Source: Catajapyx aquilonaris
Lineage: Eukaryota
Direction of reading: 5' to 3'
Assembly (NCBI GenBank): GCA_000934665.2
Contig: KZ538800.1
Location: 1-46,707, forward strand
DNA length: 46,707 nt
Shown piece after piece: positions 1 to 14,927 of the stretch; the stretch's first letter is position 1; every line of letters begins with the position of its first letter. A program made the position numbers and the translations under genes. The notes under the pieces were generated by a model. It was not told the DNA's origin and did not search any database. It saw only the letters and a program-made list of their open reading frames with translations.

Positions 1-3000
1 GAGCGCGTCCAACACCCGCATGTCACGTCACGGCGGGAGAGCGGTGATGCGCATTCGGACGCGCCAGTTGAGCCGAGGTAGGGTTAAGGAATACGCGGTG
101 CAACATGGTGCTAAGTGATTTAGTGACATTTACATAGCCATGAAAAGGAAGTGTATTAATGAGACTAGATGCCCCGTGTAACCAAGTGATGAGTAATTAA
201 AAATTATAGTCCTCCCCACAGCTTTTTTTTCATCTGAAACTCTCACTGGGAACGGTGGTACGCAGATGCTGCTACGTGCCTGCAGTTTCCACATTTCAAT
301 TATGAAATCCAATCTGACGAGATTGCATTGCGCAGTCAGAAAAAAACAGTTTTGCAAGAGACGAACAGCAGTTCTGTGTCACCTGGTATCGCATTTTTTG
401 GTGCGTATCATTGTCGCAACTTCCTTTGATCTCTGGATGCAACAAACACATGTGATGAATGGAGTAAAAATTTGGCAGTTTTTATTCGACTAGTGTCGCA
501 TGCCTGTGACATCTAGACTGTGAGCAACAGACTGTCCTTCTGCCAACATGTCCTGTCCCACTTTGCGTTTTGTGGGACGGCCAGGGTCCTCACAAAGCTC
601 ATCTTCCGGCGGGAGAGATTTTCCATTAAGGCCCGGCCACCTATCTCCCTTTCATTAGCGGTGAGGTAGGGTTGGGGGGGTAGAGTTGGCACCGTCTCTT
701 CTTGCTGGGTGCTTCCACAGCCATAAGTACTTCAAAGTGCTCTACTTACCGGTGGTCTCCTCCACTTGGTCCTGAGCCAGAAGAGAAGGGCAGCACAACC
801 AGACACAGGCCACAGCTGCCCACCGAGCCCCATTCATGCTCATCTACAAAGAGAAACCGACACAAAAATTAGGAGACAGGAAGGTGAGATAATGTCATGG
901 AGAGAGAGAGAACATGTTGCAATCACGCTTTGGGAGACAAATTGCAGCCGTTCTGCTCCAATTTGCGTCATTACTGGACTCACACAGGACGCTTAATCAA
1001 AACATCCATATTTTTTTTGTTGAATGTCAATGATGTGATTACGTAATATTGTAAAGTGGACGGGATGATTTTCAAGCGAAGCGATCGTTAGATTGCATTT
1101 TGGTCAGAAGTTGCGCCTGTTTTGCGACACTAGCATAAAAATTGATTCGTTTATTATTCATCCTAACAAACACTCATTTTTGGAAGCAATAATAAACCTC
1201 ACCTAGTTTCACAATGGTGGTGCTTATCATTTTTTTGTGACTAAATGGTTCTGCTCTGAAGGGTCTGATTGCAGTTTGATGCTTAATTTATTGATTCCAT
1301 GCGCAATTTTTTTATGCCGTATGTTGTTACAACGAAAGGCATGTTTTACATCCCCTTGCAACGACGTCTAACAGATCCACGCAGCCATTCCAAAAATTAT
1401 ACCGAGCACACTGCGCACATGTTATACATAAATTTTTGTTCGCACAGAGCATTCATTTCCACTCTGTGTTGGGGAGAGAACGTGTTTTCTGTATCAGTAA
1501 TTTGCGAGAGAAAAATGTTTACAACTCACCCCTTCCAAACAAGTTTGTAACATTTTCCGCATGCATGGGGATCATTGTAATTCCAAACAGGCAGATGGCA
1601 ATTAAAATATTTCCTGCACCGAATTTTTGTTAAAAATTGACGGTAGTGAAACGCCCTGTACAAGAGCACAAAGTAATATATGTAATGGACAGCTGGGGCT
1701 GAACTTTGCTAACTTTGAAGCGAGCATACAATCATGTAAGATAAACATTTTTAGCACGTATTATGCGCGCCATGCTGGCTGCGATTCATGCCCTTTGAAA
1801 ATCGGATGAATGAGGAATTGATCTTCTGTCACCTGCATTGTGCAGAGCGCCCTCCAAATTGACGGCAAGTTCTTTTGAAAAACGGACAAAATGAGGTGTG
1901 AGTCTCTAAACGGCCCGGGGTTCAATCAGGGTCGAGTCGCTTTCGTCTGCACAATAATGGTCCATAATTGCCTTAAATATACATGACAATATGACACATT
2001 CATGAAGAGAGGAGGGGGCTGGCGGAGACTGAATTGGATGGGGCAATTAAAGCATGTAAACCGCTTTGTTCGATCCCCGGTTGGTAAACACAGAGGACTC
2101 GTTATACTCTGCAGGACCCGTGTACAAGACAGCAATTTCCGTCGCATCAAGCTCCGGATTTATTTGAACTTCCGGCGATATTGTCTCTTCCTCTGCCATT
2201 TGTTGGTCTTACTGCCGAATCGTTCGTCTGAATTTGCATTAGACGTCTTGACGCAAACTTGAAAGCCGAAAAGATAGACTTCCAATCGCTGTGTGCTATA
2301 TATACGAAGATTGGAAGTCAGCCCAGGAAAACGCAAGTTGAGAAATTTAAATGCTTGATATTGGAATCGCATTTGAAAAGTTTGCCAGATCAATACCCAA
2401 TATTGAAAAGTGAATGCTTTGTACACAATAGCCTGCCAGTTTGAAAACAATTTCATGATTTTTCGGCCAAAATGTGATTGCATCGCAAAATTGTATGTGC
2501 AAAATGAAAAAAAAGTGCATTCCACTGTGCACTTTACCTCATGAATGCGGTACAGTATAGACAAAATAATGCAAATCACCTACACTTCTACAGTATATTG
2601 GTCACGTAATTATTTAGAACAATACAACTACTGCAACGTTCCTTATTGTTATATCCAATAAGCGATCGGATATGTGTCGGCAGAAAATAATATATAGCGA
2701 CCGCATCAGAGGGAACATTTCCATGATTCATAAAGGCATTAATTACAGAACTATATTAGAGTGACGTGTTGGAATTAAATTTGTCATTACACGTCAGACT
2801 AATTAGCGGCGGTTTATGTCACGCACTGGGCCAAGTAAAATTACGCGTGCGGCTGGCAGTGAATAATTTTGCCCCCCCTGGCCCGATTGCTGCTAAAATT
2901 CTCTATGTAACATTACAGCAAGGTGTTTGAAAATGGATCCGGCCAAGTCGAAAGAGACATTATCATATTTTCTGCTTTAAAAAAAAACATGAAAGTGACC

Positions 3001-3285
3001 TTTTCATCCAAGCTGGCAACCTGACAACAATCCGGAAGCGACGCCACGGATCCTAATGACAACTCAGGGTTGTTTGTGACGCTCACATTTTTTCCTCCCC
3101 ATGCCGGTTCCTCTTCACTGCAGATGAAGCGGCATAAGCAATTAGACAAGCTTCCAACAGGATGACAACTTCCGCAGCCAAATGGCGCTTTGTCAGTTTT
3201 CAGAAAACGAGATGAGGAAGGAAGGAAAAGGAAAGTGTGGGAAAAGCAAAAAGGGGGGATGGGGGGGGGGGTTACTTTTTTATGT

Positions 3286-3311
3286 CCCCTTCCACCCCCT
3301 ACCCCCTCCCC
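3286..3311 (-). other. Canonical G-quadruplex-forming motif (minus strand)
   Basis: Plus strand CCCC-TTCCA-CCCCC-TA-CCCCC-T-CCCC gives four G-tracts of at least 3 with 1-5 nt loops on the minus strand. Motif is seen directly; folding is untested. Confidence 0.55.
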
Positions 3312-6300
3312 AAAAAAGGAGAAAATTGCTGACAGCTGGAAAAACCGCGCGGACTCTGAAGAAAAGGAGGCTGCTGCATGGACCGAGTTCCAGCAGGAAT
3401 GGTACCAAAAGGATTTTTGCCCAACTTTTTTTTTGGAAGAGGAGGTGGGGGGCCATTCCCTCCATGGCTGTCTCCAGGAGACGTCGTAATAAATTTCTCG
3501 AACGATTGGATAGGGAAGCTTTTGTTAAGGAGAAGGAAAATAGGAAGAGGACGCCCCCCCCGAAACGCATCAATATTTCAGGCGCGGGACTCGACCGCAT
3601 CCTGAATCCCTTCTCGGTTTTTGGGGAAGAGGAAAACGCATCAATGATGGACCCTGCTGCAGTCTAATTTGCCGAAGAGGACTGGTCGAATGGACCCCCG
3701 GCACCTCTCCCTCGGGGGAGACACACAGAGAGAACTAGAGTGCAGCTGCAACCGCACGTATATTTTACATGGAAACCTCTAAGAGTCTAAGCACATTTCG
3801 GTTCCAGCTGAATACACTGGTCATATAAAAATAATAAAAACTAATGGACATGCAGTCTTTCGGGAATGTGGGCGATGTTCATGTGGGGCTTTGTGTATGT
3901 TACATTTTTTTCACGGTTTAGTTAGCATTGCAAATCGAATAGCGGGTATATGTGTGCATATTTCATTGGGTGCTGCTATTTGCAGGCGGAAATACTCGTT
4001 TTTGTGCGTCCTACATTGACAGCTTTATTAATATTTTGCAAGGCCACCTGCGATTTATTATGAGGAGCTTATATCCAGGCCGTTATATTTCTTATTCGAG
4101 CATCAAGCTGAATTTTACCACAAAAGTTCTTTGCAAGAGCTGTGCTGTATATTGCAATAATTGCACGTACCACGCAGCGTGTCCTATCATGAATGCACTG
4201 AAACTGGCCTATTTTTCTGGAGCTCACCACAGCACTTGACAGACTGGAGCACTGCTGTACATTCAGATCAAGAGATAAGGTAACGGGAAATGCCAATAAT
4301 TTTTGACGTGTTAAATATGTACTGTACAGTGCACAATACAGCCTTGAAACGATTTCAGGAATCGCGTGTGGACCTGTCATATAGGAACGTAACATGGGTT
4401 ATGTAAATTGAATACAAACTATAAGAAAGACAGCACAATTTGTGCACTTTCGCTATCATGCCCCAAGCCTAAGTGCGCCCCACTTGAGGGCACCTGCAAT
4501 AATTTCCATGCACCGCGTCCGCAATCAATACATTCCACAATGTGCCTTACAAATGCAGTGCTGCAGCAGGCCTCACTTAAACCGAGATTACAGTTCCTCC
4601 GCTTTCCCCTCCCCCGCTGTTTGCCTCTTGAGTATTAATCAAGTTTCAGGCACGTATCATTTCGGAGAGAGAAACTAGTGCAACAATATTATCCTGAATT
4701 GGCCTCTCTCTCCGCCAGTCTCAACACCCGCAGTGATAACGATGCTATTCTGTGTGTCTTAATGGGTTTGCGTCCTGAGAGCTTGTACCTTGCAAAGCAA
4801 CAGTACCCAAAGCAAATAGAGCAAGGCCTGTAATCATATTTACATTTCGGGCAGATAACAATGCGGTGCAAGAATCGCGCACTATAGTTTAATTATTACA
4901 GTCCTGAAATATATGCATCGAACGTTGGCTGGTTAAAACGGTTTCCCTTAAACATTTCCTCTCTGCGGGTGAGCGAGAGAGACAGAGTCTGTGGCGTGGA
5001 TTTACTGCGGGAAATAAATGGGGACATTTCACTGCGGAAGAAGATTTGTATGCCTGCCAGAAGAAGGACTAGAGCAGAGACAGTGTCGAGATGTCAAGAG
5101 GCTACAGTACACCACCAGACTCCCTACCACCTATCAGGTTTACGCATCTCGGTTGGAAGTGGAGATGTCCCGCTGGCATTACATCGGACAGCCTCACATT
5201 TGTCAAGTGCTGCGGCTGCATCGTAAAAGAAATATCATAAGGCAAAGGTAGATGGAGTCGAGGCCAAAAAAACGACATTTATATTTAATCGCCCAGAGGG
5301 TTTGGAAAGAGATGTGACATCGTAGCGTGCACTTGCCATTTTTTTGTCCAAACACAAAAGCATTGATTGCGCTTTTCTATGTTAAGAATTGTGAAATTCA
5401 ACTGGCGAAATACTCTGCTTGCTTGGTCAGCCTCCCATCACATTGATGGGCTTCGCACCATGTGTACAAAGTTCCAGGCCCCTAGCCACCCCCTTCTCTT
5501 TTTTTCCAGAGAGATATTACAGAATATCGCCATCTGGCAGGGCCCCCACAAAATTCAATTTCGGAGAAAGTAGTGGAGGTATTGCCAGCACGAGAGCCAT
5601 TACTTTTTCCTCCAGGCAAAAATTCTTTCCAGCAGGACGAAAAGCGGCAAATTATTTCTCATAATTTGGCCAATATTTGTACTCGCAAATGCACTCAAGA
5701 TATACTGGGGTAAAAAAAAACCCGGCAGGGGATAAATATAGTGACGTAGAGCGTTCGCCGTCATATAAATTAAAAATCCGGCTCCTCTGGAGCGTTCAGA
5801 ATCTGAGTTAGGTAATTCCCAGGCGAGGGAAAATAATCCCTTCTAAAGAGATTCTTCTCCAGACTTTGGGTTAGGCAATTTAGACATTCTCGAGGGCCAT
5901 TAACTCCCTGTATCTTCAGGTTTTAATAACGCTTGCTATTATAAGTAGAATTTATGTTGAAATTGGAGAGAGGAAGTGCCCTGATTGTGGCTTGGCACCA
6001 ATTTCTTTCAAGAACCGAGATAACAACCCCTGTGACTTTGTGTTACATAGGCTTTGGCACTTGATACAGTCAAGGCGTGCTCATTACATGGTGAAGTGGT
6101 ATAATCGACGGCCGTGATAATTTTTGGCTTAATTCATTTACAGATCTTAATTAGTGCCTACTTGTTTTCGCTTAGTGTAGCACAGAGGCATGATTGCATG
6201 TCTCTAATGCAAGTTTCCGCCATTTAAAAAAGTGCCAAACTTCGCACTTTCTGCTCAAATTTCTTAAGCGATTATTAATCAGGAGCCAAAGTAAGCTGTC

Positions 6301-9300
6301 TTCTATTATTGACGTATGGTTTAACTTCGCAATTTTTCAAACTAATATGCTTTTCAATATTAGTCTAATATAGCGAGGAAAAGCTATTGTTGAAAAGAAA
6401 TTGCTTAAAATAATCAAATAAATTCGGATATCTAAAAAATAATGACATACTTGGGAAAAAAAGACCGTCAACATAACAGCTTGTCTTCTAACAATCTGAT
6501 CAGAGAATTTCACTTCACATAATCACTTCGACGGACAAAACAACTCTTTCAAGAGGTGCAAGTAAGCAAGTCACTCCTCCAAGAAATGTTGTCTTTGAGA
6601 AAAAGGGACCGCCTCGAAAAAGGTTGTGTAGAACAGACGACGCCTGTTTTCTTTGCGCTTCCCTGCATCAATAAGATCAGTTCTGTTTGGACAGCTGTAA
6701 CTGGCCATTCTCCATCACCAACTTCAAGGCACTTCCCTCAACGATGATGGCCCAGAAGATCAATCCCATCAGCATACTCGGCCCATTTTTTTTTCTTACC
6801 CTCCTTCCCTCAGTCACCAAGTATCTGCAAATGATATATTCCAGTACTGCCACTGCTGGCGTGAAGTGTTATTACCATCATCCCTATAGCCTATACCGCA
6901 TCCCCAGCTGTGTGTCCAGCTTCTAAAAAAAATGTGTGCTGCAGAAAACCCATGGCGTGCACGTAATTTAATCACAGCAAAAGCATACCGGTAGTAAGCC
7001 CAACTACACAAGCGCGTGCTTTTCTTGGAATTAAAATAGCTAAAGAACTGCACGAACACATCCTATGTCAAGGCCCTGCGAAACGTTGCATGCACATGTG
7101 GCAGAAGAGAAACGCCTATGAGAAAAACGGAATCCTTAAGAGACAAAAACCAGGCTACTGGCACAACACACAGGATGGTACAATAAAAATGGTTCTTCAA
7201 CGGAAAGTTAAAAAAATCAGGACGAATTCCGCTATTTGCTACTGCAGCATCTCTTTAAAGTGGCTGATGGCGTCGACAATCAATAATTTCTTCGCATAAC
7301 CCGTTTTAAACTAGGGCACTACCTTGTACAACAATGCTTTTATATACAAAAATGAGGCCATGGCGATGGCATCTTTAGCCAGCTTCTCGCGGTCCAGTTG
7401 CGATAATAATATTTTTTTACTGTAAAGCAGTGCCTGGCTGTTACAGCAACATAGGTAACATTGTGTCCAACCCAGAGCAGCCCAGCACACCATGGCCAAA
7501 ACGCCTCTTTTGGTGCCCATGCCCACCACCTCAAAACCCGTCCCATGAGACTCGAGCACCCCCTCATTGAATCTCACATACCCCACAGCTTTTGAACGGC
7601 TAGAGGTTTCCCTTCTGTAAAATACCTGCACAACAAGGGCCTTTTATCCCCTCCCCAAGCCTAGGCCCCCGGTTCTCAACAGGCTATTTCATGATGGGAG
7701 TTTTCTGCGGTCCTCCGGGTTTGCAGTTCTACCAGCCAAACACCGCCCCTCTACCATTTACCATGTACATTCAAGGGGAAGGAAATAATTTTGCGCCAGA
7801 TTCTAGACAGGTTTGGTGCAGTAATTTAATTTTGTCACGGCTATTGGGAATTGGGAATACACAATATTGTTGTGGGCTACTGGAAGTGTGGAGAGAAGCT
7901 ACAGCTACCAAATTATCCCGATATGAAATGTACGAATAATTTCACATGAACATAGCTCATAACTCCCAACAGGTGGGTTTTTAAAAAAAGGACGAGATTA
8001 TAGCAATCGACGCGACGCCAGGCTGAACCCGGTGTCTAAACTACGGTGTGTGGATGCGAGGAGTATATTTCAAACTATCAGCAGTGGATCTTTGTGGATT
8101 CATTTTTTCCGGGGGCGGCATATCCGGAGTGCTCGCATGTCATTCCCCGGACATGGAGGTGTGTACCCAGCACTGGATACGGCTCGACGGGGGTGGAAAC
8201 TTGAGCCGGATGAATATACAACCCAGCACATTGTGATATACTAGCACGTTATAGACTCGACTAGAGTGTGTTAGAGTAGTTTCAGTGTCAGTTATCATCC
8301 AATTTAGTCGCGTAAACAATTATTCGATTCAAGCGGTCAAATAGCAATTTAAAAAATAAACCTCTAGAAAAAAAATATATTTTAGAAAATAGCACAGTGC
8401 ATTATATAGCCTACTATGGAACATATGTTACACTACAGTAGCCTACATGGGAAATGTTTCAGTCATGAAATGTTTTAAAGCATGTCTAATAGCAGCATCT
8501 TCTTTATCTGCATAATACATATCGGAACAGTACATACTCCATTTTTATACTGTCCAGCAATGAAACGATCAATATGAAAGCTACATGCTGATGCCAAAAA
8601 TTTGCGTTAATTAATCCGTAACGCCGGCATTAACATGTGCACACATTTGACAAAAAAATATTGAGTCAAAAATTACACCAGAAATCCAGGGATAAATGAC
8701 GTTAGCTTTATTTATGTCCATTTTCTACGTCATTGATGCGGTATAAATTGACGGAACCGATGTACTGCAGGTTCAATCAGTGTTGATTTCCCAAGTTACG
8801 TATAATTCATTGTTATTATGATTACCCAGATTTTGGTTGGAGGGTAAATGCTGATTATTATTAACCATAATGCGGGTAATGAGCAGTGACCAAAACACTA
8901 TGGTTCTAAACAACCCTGAAAACACCGGCAATGCAATATGACCCCACACCTTTGCTTCCAACAGGCATTGGAGATATGGCCTTTGAATGGACACGACACA
9001 AATTTTGACTACCTGCAAATACACCGCTGGAATTAACATCATTTTACAGTCCATTCTGCCACCGAAAGTTGAAAAAAATAATATTTGCCAGCCATTTTTT
9101 TGGGAGGTCGCGTTGTGTTTTGAATTCACATGGATCTGTTTGTATTGAGCTGATGTGTAAACAGCGTAAAAAAGCCAACCATGGTAGCTATAGCAAAGTT
9201 TGCACAAGAGAAAAAAAAAAAACCTTCACCGATGGCTGTAATATAAAGCTTGTCAATAACTTATATTTGACGTATAATCCAGCGATTCAATAACTCGCTC

Positions 9301-10626
9301 TAGAAGTATCCTATCAAGTGCTGGGTATTCGACCGACTTGCTTTTAATGCAGCTTTTGCTCTGAAATAATAAAAAAACCAGAGTAGAACACAGTCCATGT
9401 CACTTCTCCTAGAGCAAGCAGAGGCTCCGTGAAATGGTGACCGGAGCAGACTGCAACTTTTATTAGCCGGCTTCAGGCACGAGGCATGGCACTGATATGT
9501 CTGGACGCTCCAGGGTTTTCTTTTGCTCTTTTTTTGTTGGAGACAGACCTAAGCCAAGACGGCGGATATAAGGCGGCTACTACTACTTCTGGAGTACTTT
9601 CGTCTGGCACAAAACTTACACGCACACAAAAAAAAGAAACAGAGAGGCAGCTCATACACCGCATATATACACAAAAGGGCTGGGCAATATAGCAAGGCCA
9701 GGCTCTGATCATTGATCCCGGACTTTTATTCTGAGAGAGAGAAAAAAAGAAAGTTTCTTCTTGCAGCAGCGGCGGGCGGGCATCATCGCTGAGCAAATCT
9801 TTACGATTTGCAGCAGCGCATGTGGAAGACGCTTTATTGCCCTTTGCTACCATTCACTGCTGGGAATGTGGCATTGCCCGAATTGAAATGAAGCTCATTA
9901 GCCCCCGGAGTCGAACCGAGCCACCCCCTCCACCAGTTACTGTCGCATCGGTTATCAACCGGAGCAGACTTCACATTGTGACTATTCTCAGGCTGCGTTC
10001 ACAGAAAATATTGGGTCAGAGATCTTTGGAGTAAGTGATCCAGCGCCGGAAGACTACACTTTGGTATTGAAAATGCACGAGGTTACGTTGTAAAATTATA
10101 ATGAATCTACTGCAGCGCACAGTAAAACATACTTTGAAACTGTGGTTATAGGTCAGGGACAGGATGGCAGATGTTCTATGTCGTACAAGGAAAATGTCAT
10201 GTCCATGAAAAATATACTTCGCCTCATTATGGTCTACTGGTCCACTTTGGAGGTAAAACAGACCTACTGCTGGAGGCCGCACTTTTGTATTGGAAGCCGA
10301 TCATTATTACGCAGGAAATGAGCGTGGAATATGAAACAAGATTATTAATATGCTAAGCAGTCGTTAAAGAGTTTTAATATTTTCGTGATTACAGTTTATT
10401 CTCTGAATCCAAGTAATTAATTTGTTTTACACTGTGTAATCAGAGTTTATACTTGCCACAGGAAAGAACACATACTAATTTGAAAATTTTGTTTACACGA
10501 GATTAGGCTGTACAGTAATTATAATGGAAAATTCTTCTCTGAAATGTTTACTTTCAGCATTTGCATCTGATTGCAGATCATGCGATGTGAGTCTATATGA
10601 TTACTTAAATATGCAATCTAATTGCA

Positions 10627-10682
10627 TTACCTTCGCCCAAAGTACCGCCACTTCAAAGTTGACTCTAAAGTTACCTTCGCCC
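10627..10682 (+). repeat. 12-bp direct repeat TTACCTTCGCCC, 44 bp apart
   Basis: Exact copies at 10627-10638 and 10671-10682; the spacer contains repeated AAAGT. Confidence 0.6.
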
Positions 10683-13600
10683 CCCCTCTAATGACATCCA
10701 CTTAAATGAATATTCATGACCACGCATTAGTTTGTTGCGCGTTCCAATTTTTTTAACGTCCAGACCTCCCCTCCAATTTCGTAACAAATAAATCAAATTT
10801 ACGCTAGCATAACCATAGTTTTATGATGGCTGGATTAACCATAAATGTTCACGACATAAACGGCGAATAGGGTCCTAATTCTCGCTGGAATGAAAAAAAA
10901 AAAGATCGTGAGCTATCAGTTGCAGGCTTCATGCTGGAGCGAGCCAAGAAAGGCCGTCTGCTTTGCATATCGATAAGGATGGTGGTTGGTAGGGTGGGGT
11001 TGGAAGTGGAAAGAGACAGAATCCAATGTGACAGGACATAAGGCCAGAGACCCAACGCTGTTTCTAACATCAGACAGACTCTCTAACCGCTCTTTTCCAA
11101 AAGAAGAAAAAAAAAGATAAGAAATCTAGAGAGCAGCTTGCATTTACATACAACGGAGGGGGAGGATGTCTTATCTGTAAAATTGGGCTCGAATGGGATG
11201 AAGGGTTATCGGCAATATCACATTTGCATACGGGTTTTTATCCACGTGAAATTCAGATTGCATGAGGGGAAAAACCTGGATTTGGTGGATGAATTACAAA
11301 GTCAGCAGTTCCGCCCACACTGCGTTTGCGATTATTTTTTTTACCTCTCTTGCATGTTATCTGTGCTTCAACTCCATTTAATCCCAATGAATAACGCAAA
11401 CTCCCCGGTTCTTATTGGATGTGGGAGAGTAAAAGCACGGACTTAATTAGGCGGCTTGTAATTATAATACCGATATGTAACTTTTTTTTTGCGGCAATGC
11501 CTGTTACTACTGGCAGCAAACCAATGTTCAGATCATTAAAGTCCGATATTTCTGTATGTTGATACAAGTACACGCCTTGTTACGAACACATTTTAGCAAC
11601 AATCTTTGGCTTTAAAATATTTCGTTTTCTGTTCTAGACCCTGCAGCTTCTACCGTCGCCTACATTTAATATGCAAACACGAGTTGGTGAATTAGTAATG
11701 GCTGAGGGTGATGCCTGCAACGGAATTCATTTGGCAAATGTGGTATCGTCCCGCACCCATTGACCCGAATTTAGCTTTTGCATAGTTTTATGCCCAGCCC
11801 TGTTCGGCTTCCCTTTCGTGTAACCGGAAGAACCGCACGTGCAAAAAAATAGTGGATGGTCGTATGGTTATTTCCCCCCAAAAAATTTTGAGCCCTTGCA
11901 GTGGGGTCCGGCATGTCAGTCAGCAAGGATGGATTTTTATGCGAAATGTTGGCCAGAGGGAGGATCTACAGCTAAGGTTATTCTAGTGCGTCGTACATGG
12001 TATGGAGAATTTAAAAAATCATATCAATGGTCATATTTTGTCCGTGGAGGTTTAGTAAAAGTCAGAGCATGTACAGGAAATTCTGCTAAAAAAAGAGAGA
12101 ACGGGCTGAACTGGAACTTTTAAGCTCCGGGGTTCTTATTTTGTCTAAAGTAAAGTTATTATTCACTATCGAGTGAAAGTTATAATGGCTGGCGCGATAA
12201 AATGTCTATCATCATTAAGCGGAAATATGAGCGTGAAAGTTTTGCATTGTAACGATTTTTTTGTGTGTGTGTGTCTGCCGCGGCTAACGACCAGTTTTCT
12301 GCATTTTAGCCTCTATTGTAAGCCTGCGTATTGTGTTCTATGTAACTTTCGCTACCATGCTAGTATTGTGTCACCATTACTATGCAAGCAACTTTCGTTC
12401 TTACACAAGCATTCAAGGGCCTGGCATCTCACAAAATAATAATGCGCGCTTACTCACGCACAACCGTGGACTGTGTTGCGCTTTTTTGGTATGCAACGAT
12501 TCATTAAATTTGCAGCTCGCTCCAAAGTACGCGTTTAATTATTTATCGGCAATGTTCATTGAGCCACAGCAATGTGTCGCATGTTTATTTTTCGTCCTTT
12601 TACAAGTCTCGCATCATGTTACAATATCCTGGAAAGTAGATGACCCCATGACGTATGGGTTGCTCTGAACATTAAGGATGAATGTGGTCGCTTTCATTGT
12701 TGGGTTGTAGACATGATGCTTAGTAATTCAATTGTTGCAATTTTCTCGAGCTACCCTCAAGTGAATATTCGGGTGGTGCCAAATCCTCCTCACTAACTCA
12801 CCGTCTGTTTGTGCAGCAAACTTAATCCCTGTCCCTAAGCACCTTCCAATCTCACCAAGATCAAGTCGGGCCAAGCTTGCTCGTAATGTGCCAGCGACCT
12901 TGGCTCTCACTGCGGATTACATTGTCCCAGTCCCTCCAACAGCCCCCACATCTCCCACAACAAAGGCGGATCCCCCCACCCACAAACCCCCCCTCCTTTG
13001 CCTTCTCCCAGAAGATAACTGAGAGGATGCATCTTTTTCCAACCCGGATTTTGTGTCTCATGCAGCTTGCTTGGCACACTCCCGACCCGGGCAATCCGGG
13101 GGAATAGGGGGAACTAAACTTGGGTAATGACTCTTCCTCCGGATTATCTAGGGAAACCATGCTGCTCCTTTGATATTAATTCCTGCACTTGCAAAATTTT
13201 GGCATTGAAATATTGAGTTTCGGGTGTTTTTGGTAAAAACGGTTGTAAAAGAGAGTTCATGATATGTACTTCAAAATCCCAGCCTTTGAAACACTGCATT
13301 TTGTTGTGGGCTACCAGTGCAAACCACAAAAATATTGTATGACCTTAGTTGCCTCGGCACATTCCAACACTTTGTGTGCAAGCCTGCTTTGAGCCCAGCC
13401 TAAAAAATTCTGAGCTTTAGGTGCCAGTTAAGGTGAATTACAATAATTTGGCGTGCCCACGAGGTTTCTTAAAGTTTAATTATACTGCAAAGTTGGCTGT
13501 TTTACATTCGCCAAATCCCCACAGCAGCACACAAATATCTCCTTTAGTGCCACCTCCCCAAAATGCTTCAGCCTCATCTGTCTGTGCCAAATGCCCGCAC

Positions 13601-14912
13601 GCCTCTTTGGGTTATTTCCCTCCATTTGCATAATTACCAGCTGCGTACATGAAAAAAAAACTGTGAAAGAGAGAGAGAGTAGGTTTCATAATAAAGAGAA
13701 CGTGTTCTCTTCATTTCTCACACAAACTATGGGAGGTCGTTTAGATACAGTGCTTATTTAGTTGGTTCTGACGTTCGAGTGTCAACCTAGGCAATTTTAT
13801 CTCAAAATTACATTAAAAAAATATATAGCCACCAAATCCAACCCAGCCACTCGCACAGTGTCTCTCACTCTTTCAACACATTTGTTTGCTGACAGTTGCT
13901 GCGTGTCGCTTAATCACATTGCCACCCTCTATTTAGCGTGAATCGGTACCCTATTTGCACTGAGTTGCAACCTTTCCATTGCTTTTTTTTCACGTTGTTG
14001 TTCACGCCAATTGCAATTCCAGGCCTTGAATGCAACGCTTCGAAATAAAATGGGGGGGGCGGAAACGACCTTTAGGTAAATCCTCGATGTGATACACAAG
14101 TTCGGTTGCTATGATGACAGTAGTGATGTTTTGACTGACATGGTACACAGGACTCGGAATTATTTTGTTTGGTTCGCGGTTTCCTATGCTATGCACGCAG
14201 CACACACAGCAGAGAGAGGAAAAGCAACACCCCCCCCCCCCAAAATCGATGCACTGCATTGCAATATTTTCTCCACAGGTTGGTCCTGCACTAATTAACG
14301 TGACGTCGTACTTAATTACGTGGCGCACGGCAACGAGGATGCGGCACGTGACCTGTTCCGGCCTCGAATTTCACTCGGGGAGGTCAAGAAAGACGTCTTT
14401 CAATTATGGCTACTCTTGTTCGTTAGACGCTTTCCAATATTAGGTTTCTACTCCTTGGTAAAAGTTAACTGGCTTTTCGGGATTGCCGAAACCCGAAGCA
14501 ACAGCCAATCAATTTCGTAACGTTTCAGGTTCTGTATAGGAGAATAAAATTGACGGGGGCTTCCCAATTTATGTCCTTGTTTGACAGAAGAGAACTTCCT
14601 TCTATTGTGAGCTCTGGCATGGTTTGAGGTTACTTACAGTGAATGAGCTTTATGATTACGGCAACTCGGCTTATTTACGCATCGGTTGATTCTTGTTCGT
14701 TAACGAGGACTTTTTTGTGTGTCGGTAACTAGCTCTCAGATGGTATCGGAATCTCTCCTTCTTTTTTGAGCCTGTTGAAAATTTCCATACCAGGAACTTT
14801 TGGAAGAGGAATATAATAACTTGCAGCTACCCAATGGGAAGGATCGCAGGATAATGTAAATGGATTTTCTGTGTTCTCCGCAGATCAAAGCCGGTGTGAC
14901 GAATTGCAAGGT

Positions 14913-14927
14913 GAGAGAGAGAGAGAG
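14913..14927 (+). repeat. (GA)7 microsatellite
   Basis: gagagagagagagag read directly. Confidence 0.85.

Noticed and set aside
3..64. 8-bp inverted repeat GCGCGTCC/GGACGCGC at the window start
   Set aside because: Short stem with an irregular interior, truncated by the window edge, and within chance.
1910..2085. B-box-like words GGTTCAATC (1919) and GTTCGATCCCCGG (2068) suggesting tRNA or SINE
   Set aside because: No proper A-box spacing, cloverleaf or SINE tail.
3182..3667. 161-aa ATG ORF rich in Lys/Arg/Gly/Pro
   Set aside because: Translation of homopolymer and purine tracts; several frames are open at once, typical of low-complexity DNA.
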